Part shown: piece after piece, positions 49,678 through 61,600 of the stretch
Numbering within the stretch: position 1 is the first letter of the stretch
Layout of the letters: every line of letters starts with the position of its first letter
Source of the DNA: Amoebophrya sp. A120
Lineage: Eukaryota; Protista; Dinoflagellata
DNA length: 64,000 bases
Direction: 5' to 3'
Assembly: GCA_905178155.1 (NCBI GenBank)
Contig: CAJINV010000002.1
Location: 12,595,621-12,659,620, forward strand
Made by a program: the position numbers and the translations under genes
The notes under the pieces: model-generated
Database searches by the model: none
What the model saw: only the letters and a program-made list of their open reading frames with translations
What the model was told of the DNA's origin: nothing

Positions 49678-52600
49678 TTACTCGGTCTGCGCCAGCAGAC
49701 AGGTTCCACGCAGCTTCCAGTGCGAGGCGTGAATATCGGTCTTCAGGAGCAGGCGGAAGATGAGGTACCTGTCGTTGCGCTTGGGGTATTTGTAGACGGC
49801 GCAGTTGTAGGGCGTGACCGACCCGTACATACCCGCTAACGCCTTCTTTTCCTTGATCGTGACCGCGGTGAGGTAGATCACCGGCATGTTGGTGAACAGT
49901 TTCTTGGGCTCGGACTCGTCGATCTTACCCTCCTGTCGATTCCACCGGCTGCCCTCCATGAAGAGCCCGTGGAAGTGCTGCCCCTCCTCCGGCACGTCCT
50001 TGGCCTTCTCCGGGTCGTAGGTTTGCACCTCGGTGTGATTCATCACGTCATCCAATGCCCACTGATCCTTCTTGTGCTGACGGGTCACCTCTTGACGCAC
50101 ACCGGTCAGAAAACCTGTGTAAAATTATTTGTGAAAAAGTGATTCAAATTTGCAGATCGTCTCACGAAACAAAATGCATACGCCGAGGTTCTACAAACAT
50201 CATCGTCACGCTCGCCCTCGCGCCAGTACTCTTTCTGTTTCTGTGCAAGAAGTGAAATGAATGAAACGCATGATGATCATTTCAATTTACCTTGCGCGTT
50301 CGTGAACCCGGTCAACCAGTAGGATTTCATGAAGCCGCGGCCGTTCTCGAGCCAGTTGTAGAGGAGGCTGTGGCGCTCGACCAAGCCCGTGTACCAGGTA
50401 CCGATGGACGGCGACAACCACGAGATCTCCGCGCCAGACGGGTCGTGGGTCCACCGCCCCGGCACCTTGGCGTCGAACACGGAGTTCAGGTCCTGCAGCA
50501 GTTCCGGCGTCATCACCACGGTACCGTCGATGGCCATCACCAAGTTCTCCAGGTTGGAGCGCACGATGGCGATGATGTTCTGCAGTCGCTGCAACTCCTG
50601 GAACAAGAAGATGTTCAGCGGGGCCCCAAATCCCTTATCGGGCGTGTTCGGCGGTCCCTTCAGCTTCGCGATCTGCGCACGGAACACCTCCTCGACGAAG
50701 TCCGGCGGGCACTTGGCCTTGTAGTCGTTGGCGATGTCCTTCACGATCTCATCCATGGACTTGCCGGCGCCACCGCCGCTGTCCTTCGGCTGCGTCTCCA
50801 TGATCGACTGCAGCATCTCCGCGGCCTCCTTCAGCCGGTAGGTCAAATCGGCGTTGGTGTGCAGCCCGAAGATCATCGGGGAGTCCACCGGCGGCATGGT
50901 GTCGATGTAGTCGCGGTAGTCCTGGATTTCCAGTCCGGACGGCAGCTTGTAGTTGAACTCCGAGGCGTAGTTGTTAAACAAAAAGCCCGGCTTGAACATG
51001 TCCTCGTTCATCCACTTCTCCGTGTAGGTAACTGTGTTTTGGTGTCGCGGGAAGGATTTGCTCACTTCTACCAGATTTTTGCATTTTCATGTGTCGAACT
51101 CGTTCACATCATTCTAGTAGTTCCACTTCTGAAAATTAGGCTGAATAAAGAGCAGAAAAGCGGCACAACACATAGTCAAGAAGATCATAAAAAAAGATTC
51201 ATTACTGAACAGCTCGCGATCCAAGTCGTCCGTGATCCTGCCACCGTACTGCACCTCGGCGACCATGTACTGGATGGTAACCCAGGACAGTGGCTGTCCG
51301 ACTGTGATCGTGGTCGACAAGTGCTTTTCGAGGAACATCAGGCAGGCCTCCAGGTCACTGTTGTTGTACTCGTACGGGACGCACCAGCCGATCGGTCCGA
51401 ACTTGCGGCGCTCCTGCACCACGGAGTGCAGGAAGGACTGCACGAAGGTGATCTGCCGCCACTTCTCGTGGTCGATCTTTTCGAGCGCCTCCTGCGACAT
51501 GATGGTCGTGTAGGTACGGAACAAACCGGCCTTCAGACCCGCCGGCGGCTCGGCAGTGACCTTGATGGACATCTTATCAAAGTGAAAAAAGCTCCCACCC
51601 CACATCGGAAACGGAAGATGCGCGAATTTGTGATGCTGTATTTGAGTACACAAATCGACTTGTATTGCTAGAAGGCCAAGAGACGAAGCTGCGGCCTAAA
51701 TTGCAGGTAATCTGTCATGCTGTTTCCCACTTCCAGTTGCCTCCTGTCATCTTGGAGCTGCAAGGCTTTCCCACGCTAGGCAGCAGCACTACAGTCCGCA
51801 TCTTTTGTCTTCTAGCATCACAAAGCTGATTTGTGACCACAAATCTGCATCACAGATTTCCGTTTTGATATGGGGAGGGGGCATTTTTCATTGTAATACA
51901 TCTGCAGCAGCCCGATCGGGAACGCGCGGGTGATCTCGACGGTCAGCCACAGACGGAAGTCCTCGTGGATTTCCGGCGTCTTCGTCAAAATATCCTCCTG
52001 CTGGTTCATGAAACCGATACCCAAGTGGCAGTTTTGGAGGATCACCCACGAACCGATCAGAAACCTGTTTGAACGAAAGTGAAATAATCGATGTAAGTAT
52101 GATGTTGTAAGTGGCTCAGCATTTTCAAGTACTTATTTCACTGCACTCAAAGTCAAAGCAGCAGTGCTGCTTTCTTAACCATTCACAAAAAGACTATACC
52201 CGTTTTTCATCTTTTCCCAGGCGACGACCTCCTGACCTTCGCCCATGGACACCTTGTCGGTCGGGAACTTCTTCTTTTTCTTGGCCAGCTCATCGATCGA
52301 TGCGGACGGATCGGAACCCGTGGTCAGCAAGTACAACACCGGCTTTCGGCACGCGGACTCATCGAAGATGTCGCTCACCGGGTCGGTCACCGGAGCGGTG
52401 AACCGGGCACCCAGGTGTGCATTCACGAACTGCGCGCACGCAACCGTGGTACGATCCTCACGCATCGAGCGCACCAGAACCATGCGCATGATGGGCCCTG
52501 TGATAGTGAATATGAGCAGGTCTTTATTTTCGTTTTAAGTACTTACTGCAGCGCTGCAGCAACATGCCCGTTAAGTTTTCGATCAGTATCCTACTATGTT

Positions 52601-55600
52601 TTAGTTTTATTATATACCCTTTCTCTACTAACTTTCGGACAAAAAATACGAGGCTCATTCAGAAAAAAAAACTGTCTAAAATACCGAGGGCGCGCTCCAT
52701 GGTCAACCGTTCCTCGTAGTCTGGCACCGGGCAGCCTTCCGGTTCGTTCTCGTCGAACCACCGCTTCCAGGCAGCTTCATTTTTCGAAATATTGTCCACG
52801 ATTTCCCGGTAGAAGATCACTCCCGATCCGAAGGGGTGGCGAGACAAGTTGAGCAGATTGAGCCAGATCTTGTCACTCAACCACCGGAAGGGGCAGGGGC
52901 GCTCGGATTTCACGTCTAGCGCGGAACCCGCCTTCAAGAAGCAGGACACGTCCGCTCCGGTGATGTCGCCGGCCACCGTCAAGACCTTCAGCGTGACCAT
53001 CAACTTGAAGGTCATTTTATCGCGCTCGAACAGGCCGCGGTTCATGTACCGGTACACCTGGTAGGTCAGGTAGTCAATGATCTTGTCGACACGCTTGGAC
53101 GTGGGCTGCACCTTCTCGGAGTTGGTGATGGACTTGTCGAACTGTTCCAGGAACTGGATCAGCGAACAATTGTACATCCAACCGGTGGGCTGCAGCGTGA
53201 TGGGGTTCATCACCAGGGTCATGTCCGTCATATTGAAGTACATCAGGGACCCGCGGGTCGCGACCGAACGGAACTGTTCGCGCTTCTCGTTGATATCGAT
53301 CTCCTTCTCCGCCGCGGTGGCCAGCTTCTCGGACACCTCGGTGGCCTTCGCCTTGGTGTTCGCCAGCACCTCAATCAGCTCGGTGTCGTCGAGTAAAGAA
53401 CCCGTGGAATTCGACAACTTGAACAGCAGCTGGTCGTTCAACAGAGCCAGCGCCTTCAAGTTGTTTGTCACCTCCTCCTTCAGCTGCGCGAGCGACTCCT
53501 CCAGCGATTTCTGTTCCATGCCCAACACACGACCGAGCAGCTGTTGTTCCAGACCCTTCAAGGTGACCGTGAAGTCGATCACCGTGCACTTCGCGGACAA
53601 CTCGGGCGAGAAGTGGGGGTTGGGCAGACGGGAGGTCATGAACAGGTAGAACTTCGGGTTGTAGTCCATGTTCTGATCGGAGATGTTGATGTACAGGTTC
53701 TTACCCTTCTTGATGATCGCCTTATCAAGCAGCGGATCCAACATCGGGTCCAGCTCGTTCTCCACGTTCTCGATCAGCATGACCAAGCCCTCGCCCATAG
53801 TGAACTCGATGAAATCTTTCAGACGCGAATTGTTCAGCGTGGTGATCGCCATGCCGTTGGACGCGGCAATGCGTTCCGCCTCGCGACTCTTGATCCAGCG
53901 GTTGGCCTGGCCCTGCGGGTCGACCATCAGTGGGTAGCGGGAGGATCGGGTCACCATGATACCGTTCTGCACGGACAGGTCATCAGACGGCAAGCCCTCG
54001 AGCGCCCACTCGGCGACGACGGCGCCCTCGACCAGAGACTCGACGAGGTTGACCTTCTGGCTGGCCGGCACGCCGCGCCGGTGCGTGTCCGCGAGGAAGT
54101 AGTCGATGTTGAGCTTCTCGCGGAACTCGCTGTTGAAGGGACCGCAGTACGTGACGAACGCGCAGCACAGCGCGATATCGCCGACTAGGGCTTTGCGGCG
54201 CAGCGCGAAGTTCTTACTGTCCTCCGTCCAACGGGCGTTCTCGCCGGCCAGACCAGACAACAGCGCGTTCGCGGCGTTCATCTTACGCTTCATCGCGTTG
54301 GCGTTGGCCTCCAGGGCCGCCTTCTTCTCGAGCGCTTCATTCAGAGCCTTGTCCAACTCGGCGACCTCCGACATCACCCGGGCCAGCTCCGCCTCCGCGG
54401 CGCCCAGTTCCTTCATGGCCTTGTCCAGTTTCGCCTCCTGGACCTTCAGAAAGTCCATCTTGGGCTTCACGATCTTGGCCGCTCCGTGGTACTGCACCAT
54501 CGCACCGACGAACTTACACAGACCCTCCGCGGCACCGGAGGCCTTCTTGGCGATGGCCGGGTCCAGAACCGGGAACTGCGCCCACGGTGACCAGTTCTTC
54601 GCCGGGTCCGCGTTGTATCGCAGGTAGGGCTCCAACAGTTCGCACGTCTCGTCGTTCATGTTATCCTTCTCGTTCGCCGCGAAGTCGAGCAGCGAGGGCA
54701 GGAAACGCATATCGGACAGCGTGAACTTCGTGTACTCTTGGAAGGAATCCGCGATGAAATCGGCGTCCACCTTCGAAATGTTGAAGGTCTTCTTGGCCGG
54801 CGGGATCACGGCTTGAATCATCAGAATCGCGAGCCCATCGAAGGTCAGCTTAATCACGTCCGTTGGGTTCTTGTTGGTCTTCAACTCCGTGATATCCTTG
54901 GGCGTGATGGACTTGCACGCTGCCTCGGCCTCGTGCAGGAAGGGCATCGCCTTCTGGAGCTCGATGTTGGCCTCCTCCTTGTCCTTCTGAATGGTGGCCG
55001 CGGTCTCCAGGCAGCCCGCCTTCTGCACACCGACCTCCTCGGCCTTCTTCTCAGCCTTACCCTTTTCGTACTGCACTTTGGTCAACAGCTTGTTGGTCTT
55101 TTCCTCCTCGATCTTCAGCACCTTCTCCTGTTCGCGGAGCTCGATCTTCATCTCCTCGACCTGGGCGGAGGCCTCGGCCAGCTTTTCCAGCCCCGTGTTC
55201 ACGGCCTTCTCCTGCTCGTTCACATTGTCGTACTTGACGCGGTACAGACCCTTGTAGAAGTCGATGAGGCACAAGAACGTCTTCGGGGTCACGTACACGT
55301 GCTTTCGCATGCGCGTGAAGTACTCCCCGCACACCTCGCCCACCATTGCCTGCATGGAACCCAGCAACTCGTACAAGAGCTGCTTCTTGTCCTTCGGGGT
55401 ATCGATCTCGTACGGCCCGAGGAAGGCGGAGGCCACAGCGACCAGCGCCTCTGCCGGCCAGGGCAGGAACCACGTGATGGCCACGGCGGAGAACAGGGCC
55501 GGGAACTTCTGCGCGCGCACCGGGAACTTCTCGTTCATCGGCGAGAAGCACAGGACCAAGTGCAGGTTGTCGCGCAGGCGGTCCATAAAATAGCGGTAGA

Positions 55601-58600
55601 AGTTGGCCATGGTCTCCTCGGCGCCCGGGTAATCGCGCACGAAGTCGTTGCGGCACTCCGCGGCCATGCCGTCACGCTCGTCCTTCTGGAACAGGCCGAC
55701 GACCTCACCCGTTGCGAGGATGCTGTTCAAGTACTCCAGAAAGCCCTCGTTCTTCACCTCCGCGTCGGTGAAGACGAAGGTCACCTTTTCGCCCTTCGCA
55801 CCCGCGGCGACGTACAGTCCGCGGAGGTCCTCGAACAGAGCGTTGTCGTTGTAGGTCTTCGTGATAGTGATCTGAAAGCACTTCTGGCGGGACGTGCTCG
55901 CGGACAGCCGGGTCAGGGACTGTTTCCCGGAACCACCGACACCGACCAGCATCGCGGACCCGCGCGGGAACTGGATCGTGCGGTTGATGCGCATCATGTA
56001 CCGCATGGCGTCGTCGAACAGCACCAGGTTCATGGCCGCCGCGGGGAACGTTTCGTTGAACCGCTTCAGGTACTCGTAGGCCTTCATGCGGACGAACTCC
56101 ATGCTCTGCATCGGCTCGTACACCTTCGGCGCCGGGACTTCCTCTCCCGTCTCCGGGTCCTCACCGCCCTCTCGCTGGAAGTCGCACCACCAGTCCTGCA
56201 TCTCCGCGACGCGCTCCGTCGCATCTTCGCCGAAGTGCTGGTTCATGTAATCGGTCACGGTCCGGGACACGAACTCCTTGTCCACCTGACGGGACAACTT
56301 GTCCGCGAAGACGCGGGTGGTCTCGTGCTTCCACAGGGAAGAAACCAGGTCCGCGGTCTTCAGGGACTCCGACGGCGCTTCCAGGATACCCTGGAAGACA
56401 CGCGACAACTCACGCATGTTGAAGATGTAGTGGAACCTGGCCGGGGTCGGCAGCAGGGAGTTCTTGATCTTGTTCCACACATCGATCGTTACCGAGGTCA
56501 ACTTCTTGGACTGGCCGATCGGCTCGTCCTTGAACCCGTTCTTGTTCGTGAAGCGCGCACGCAGGATGGAACCATAGATGTTGTCGACGGACACCGTCGC
56601 GGGCGCGACCATGTTGAAGCAGTAGAACTTGGACTTCAAGCGACTCGGCACATCGTTCCGACCGCCACCCGGGTGGCCCATAGCGCCGAGGAAGGAAAGC
56701 GCCTCGATGGTCTTGAAGTCCCCGCGCTTATCCTTGTCGAGGAAGTAGAAACCCTCCATCTCGATCAGCTGGCGCGTCAGCTCGTTCGTGACCTGATCGC
56801 CCCACTTGTTCACGACGGGCATGCTGATATCATCGAGGAACAAGGTCATCTCCTTGCCGCCCGGCGGGCAGAAGGTCTTACCGGTCTTACGCTCGACCTC
56901 CGCCTCGACGGTCTTCTGGAACCCGAGCGGTGTGGTCGCGGACGAAAAGTTGATGCGCTTGGCCAACATGGTCTCGACGTTGAAGCGGGCCATGTACATG
57001 AGGCACGTCGAGGTCTTCGCGGTCCCTGCGCCACCGCACAGCAGCGAGGATCGGTAGACCGCCGGCAAGCGCACGCGCTGGTAATTCTGGATCACACCCA
57101 TCAGGTACTCGGCACGGGTACTGTCCAGTGTGGGGATCAGCAGCGACGAGAAGATCAGCTTTTTCGGCGGCTTCCACTCTTCCGGCTTCCACTCGATGTA
57201 CGGGCGGTGCTTCTGTTCCATATCGGGAACGTAGTCGAACAGGGTCTGGCCCTCCTTGCACGGGGGGATGCAGTCCTTCAGCTTTGCCACGTTCACGCTC
57301 TCGCAGAACTTCTCGTAGAACTTCACGCGTTCCTCCGGTTCGCACAGGCCGGTGAAACCCCACACAATGCAGAAGAAGCACAGTCGCATGTAGGCCTCCT
57401 TGGGCAGGACCTCGTTCGCCTGCACGGCGGTGTGGAGAAGAGCGGAAAGCATGTTCAGCGTGTTCAAAATCACCAGCGAGTCGTTCAACGGCATCACGGT
57501 TTCGATGTTGCGGTTGAAGTAGTCGAACAGGTCCTCGCAGATACCCGTCCCCGGGGGCGGCGTGTACACGAGCTTGTTGAAGATGTCGCGGATGTGCTCC
57601 GCCTCGTCGAACCGGTTCGCGTTGATCTCGGTCCGCTTTGCCAACCAGGAGGTCAGCACCGGCTTCCACCCCAAGTCGGAGGGAGAGATGAAGATGATCC
57701 CCGCCCGGGACACCGTGGCCGGAGACGCGTTCCGCAAGTTCTCGACCTCGAACACGATCTTGCAGTTATCCGTCATCGGGAACCGATCGTTGTTCGCCAG
57801 GGTCAGAATCTTGTTGTCGTCCAACACCGTGTTCAGGTTCTCGATCCAGATCGCGTCGACCGGACCGTCGCACACGATCCACGTGGTGTACTTCAGATTA
57901 CGGTTGTTGTAGCGGGCCCAAATGGACGCGAACACACCCGGGGTCCACTCCTCGGAGACCGGATCCTTGACCCCGTACATCTGGGAGTCGGTGATCGCCT
58001 TCGGGTTCATAATCGCGGTGCGGTGGGGAAGCCCATTGTCGTTCAAGGTTCCGACCAAGGTCATCATGATTTCGGTCTTCCCGCACGCGGTCGGGCCGAC
58101 CAACATAAAGCCGTGGCGCACGAGGGAGGTCTCGTACAACTGAATGATCTTCAGCATCCAAGTGTCCCACTCGGTCAGCTTCTTGGCTTTCGCGATCTTG
58201 CGCGCGCCGCCGTCGATCTCCGGGTAAGTCTTCTTCGGCGGATCCGCCGTCTTCGGGAACAAATCCTTCAGCAAGGCGAGGAACAGCGGCACGTCATCGG
58301 CGACGAATTTGGACAAGTTCATATCGCGGGCGGTGCGCATAAACAGCATCTCTTCGTCCATGTCTGGGGGCTCCGCACGCTTCACGATACCGGAGGTACG
58401 CAGCACGGACAGAATGTTCCGCAGACCGAAGTCGTAGTGACGCTGCTTGGACAACTGCTGTTCGCACAGACCGTACAAAACGAAGAACTTCTTTCCCAAG
58501 ACGTCCATCATGCTGTAACCGACGGAGGCGAGCTTCACCTTCATGATCGTCTCACGGTTTGGCACCATCATGCACACGCCGCGGAACTGGACCTTCAGGT

Positions 58601-61600
58601 TCTCCGGCAGCTCCTGGCGCCCGGCGTAACCCGGGTTCATGGTGATGAAGTACCCGACCGAGGGGATCAGCCGGATCGGCGCGACCTCACCCGGGAAGGG
58701 CATCATCTTGGCGTTCTGACGCTTCCCCTGCGTGATCGCCTCCACCTGCATCGCGACCACGGAGAGCACCTCCACCTCAATCCGGTTGAACTCGTCGAAG
58801 CAGCCCCAGATACCGCTCATGCACAGACCCTTGAAGATCTTACCGCAATCGCGGAACCGCAGCTGATCGGAGCAGTTGGTGACCATCACGAAGATACCGA
58901 GCGTACGCCCCATATCCTTGGTCGTCTCCGTCTTGCCCGTCCCGGCGGGACCGGCCGGCGCCCCACCCAGGAACATACCGAGCGCTTGCGACAGCGTCAC
59001 GTAGCACCTGTCGGTCAGCGCGGTGATACACAGTCGCTCCTTGCAACCGAGGTACTCGTAGCTGTAGGTGAAATCCACGTCGGCGATCGAGATGATGCAG
59101 TGCTCGATGTCGGATTTCCAGTACAGACGCGTCTGACGCAGCCACTCGAAGTCGTTCTCGTCCTTCACCTTGTGCGCCTTCACCTTCTGCCACACCTCCT
59201 GGAACAAATCCTTCTGATGCACGTGCACCGTCACGAGCGTCTCGAACTTGGTTCGGTTCATCTTGCTCCCCAGGTCCATCAGACACGCCCCGACCAGGTC
59301 CTGCATGATCTGGACGAACTTCTTGTTGGTCAACGCCATGATGGTCTTGTCCTTTTCCTTGCTCATCTTGATCAGCGCGTCCTCAAAGTCCACGGTCCAC
59401 ACCACCTGGATTCCGAGCAGCGCGACCTGGGCGATGTACTTCTCCGCGAAGTCCTTCACCGACACGCCGTTCAGAATGTTCCCGGTCTCGCCGCACGCGA
59501 TCTTGCACTCGCGCCGCACGGACCGCGCCACCTCCGCCTCGAGCACGTTCAGCCAGTCCTCGATGTTGCCCACCGCCTGCTGCGGGGTCACGAAGTTCAC
59601 GTACTCCGCACCGGTACCGACCAGCGACAGGCACTGCGTCATCTTCCGCCGGTCCTTGGCGTCGAAGGTCACGCGCGAAATGGAATCGAACAACTTCTCG
59701 AAGTCCTCCTGGATGGCCTCGGGGTCGGAACCCTGGGACAAAATCTTCAGCAGCGCGGGATCGGACGTGAAGTAGAAACGGGGGAACTTGTTCCGCTTGC
59801 CCTCCAGGTACGACTCCAGCGACTTCTGGCACTGCTCCAGCCCGACCTGCAGGACGGGCAGCAGCTGCTTCAGCATGTCGTTCTGACAGCAGTTCACGAC
59901 GTTGCGCATCTCCGCGGACTTGCCCATGATCCGGATCCAGTCCTTGTCGATCTGTTGGAACTTCTTGGCCTCCATCGGCATCTGCTTGGCGATATCACCG
60001 CCCGTGAACACGGACTCCAGGGACGTCCACATCTGCTGCACCTTGAACCAGCGCTCGATGGTGTCGGCCGTGTCGGACAGGGTCATGATCATCGTGCCCA
60101 GCTCCTCCTTGAAGGGGATGGAGTGACGCTGCGCGTTCATGGTGTTCAGCGCCATCACGGTTTCCTCTAAAATCTCCTGCACCTCACCCACGCGACCGGG
60201 CGCCATGCAGCAGGGGTAGTCGCGGGACTTCCACGTGGTGAAGTCGAAGTTCATGCCCGACCACTGCTCGCTGATTTCGGCCAGCTTCTTCTCGATGATC
60301 AGCTGTTTGTCCGCGGACTCGCAGATGTCAGACACCTCGTCCGTGAACTCGTTCAGCTTGGCGTCGATCAGGTTCTGCAGCTTGAAGGTGTCGGACTCGA
60401 TCGGGAGCTCCTTGCCGGTCAGGTCCATCACCTGCTTCCAGTGCCGGGGCATGATGGACGGCTTGGCGAGCTCCGTCAGCAGGGGGAGCACTTCGCTGAA
60501 GTCGTCGATCTCCTTCTTCAACTCCAAGTACGCGGGCCACTCACGCAGCACCTTCGGCATGCGCTTACACCGACCGGCGAACTTTTCGGTTTCCGACTGC
60601 ATGACTTCCACGTGGTCCGGGGTTTCGGCCCACAAGTAGTCCTTCCACTCCTTGATGGTGTCCAAGACCACCACGTACAAGTCGTACAGCTGGCCCAAGT
60701 ACTCCAACTCGCCCTTGGTCTTGTCCAGCTTCGGGTACTGCTGGTGCGGCAACCCGAACAAGTCCTCGCCGAGGAAGTAGATTTGCTGTTTGCGCTCGCG
60801 GATCTGGTACTCCTCGCGGAACCGTTTCAGGCGCTCGACCGCCTGCTTCGGCGGGATGCCATCCACCATGGGACCGTTGGCCTCGTAGTTCTTGCGGAAG
60901 TCCTGCACGTCCTTCTTGAAGTTGTTCACCGTGGTGATCAAGGTCTTCTTGTGCTGCGCCTGCTGCGCGGAGAGCACGTCCTGGCGGGCCTCGCTGTCCT
61001 GCAGCAGCTTGTCCCAGGAGGTGCGCAACATGGACCGCATGTCCTGTTCGTCCTTGTCGATCAGCTGCGGCGTGTACGCGTCGAGGATCTGGTACATGTG
61101 GGTGATGGGCCCGAACTCCAGCTCGATCTCGGACTGCTTCGCCCGCACCTCCTGCAGGGTCTGCATCACAAACCCGAGCGCGTCGATGTCGCCATCGCCG
61201 ACCTCGCGGTTCAGTTTTTTCGACGTCTGCTTCACCATTTCGGACACGGAGTCCAGCTTGCCGCGGGCCTCGATGTGCAACTTCTTGGCAAAGGCCATCT
61301 TCCACATCTGCGCCAGCTCGACCAGAGACTTGGACAGGCCGTCGGACTTCAGCACCAGCGCGGAGATCTGCGCCTTGCCGCTGTACCGCGCGGCGTCCTC
61401 GGCCATGCGAATGAAGGACTTCACTTTCGACTCGAAGTCGGACAGGGTCGGGATCGAGTCCTGAAATTCCTTGTACTCGTCCTCCACGTTCTTCATCCAC
61501 AGCATGTTGAACTTGTCGAAGGTCTGCACGTAGTTGTCGCACTCGCGGCGCGCGGACTGGATGGAACCCGAGAGCAGGAGCACCACCTTGAGGATTTCCT

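Noticed and set aside
54738-60170. 1810-aa plus-strand ORF, and other long antisense ORFs over both dyneins
   Set aside because: Shadow frames of a strongly GC3-biased minus-strand gene, with no recognisable domain.
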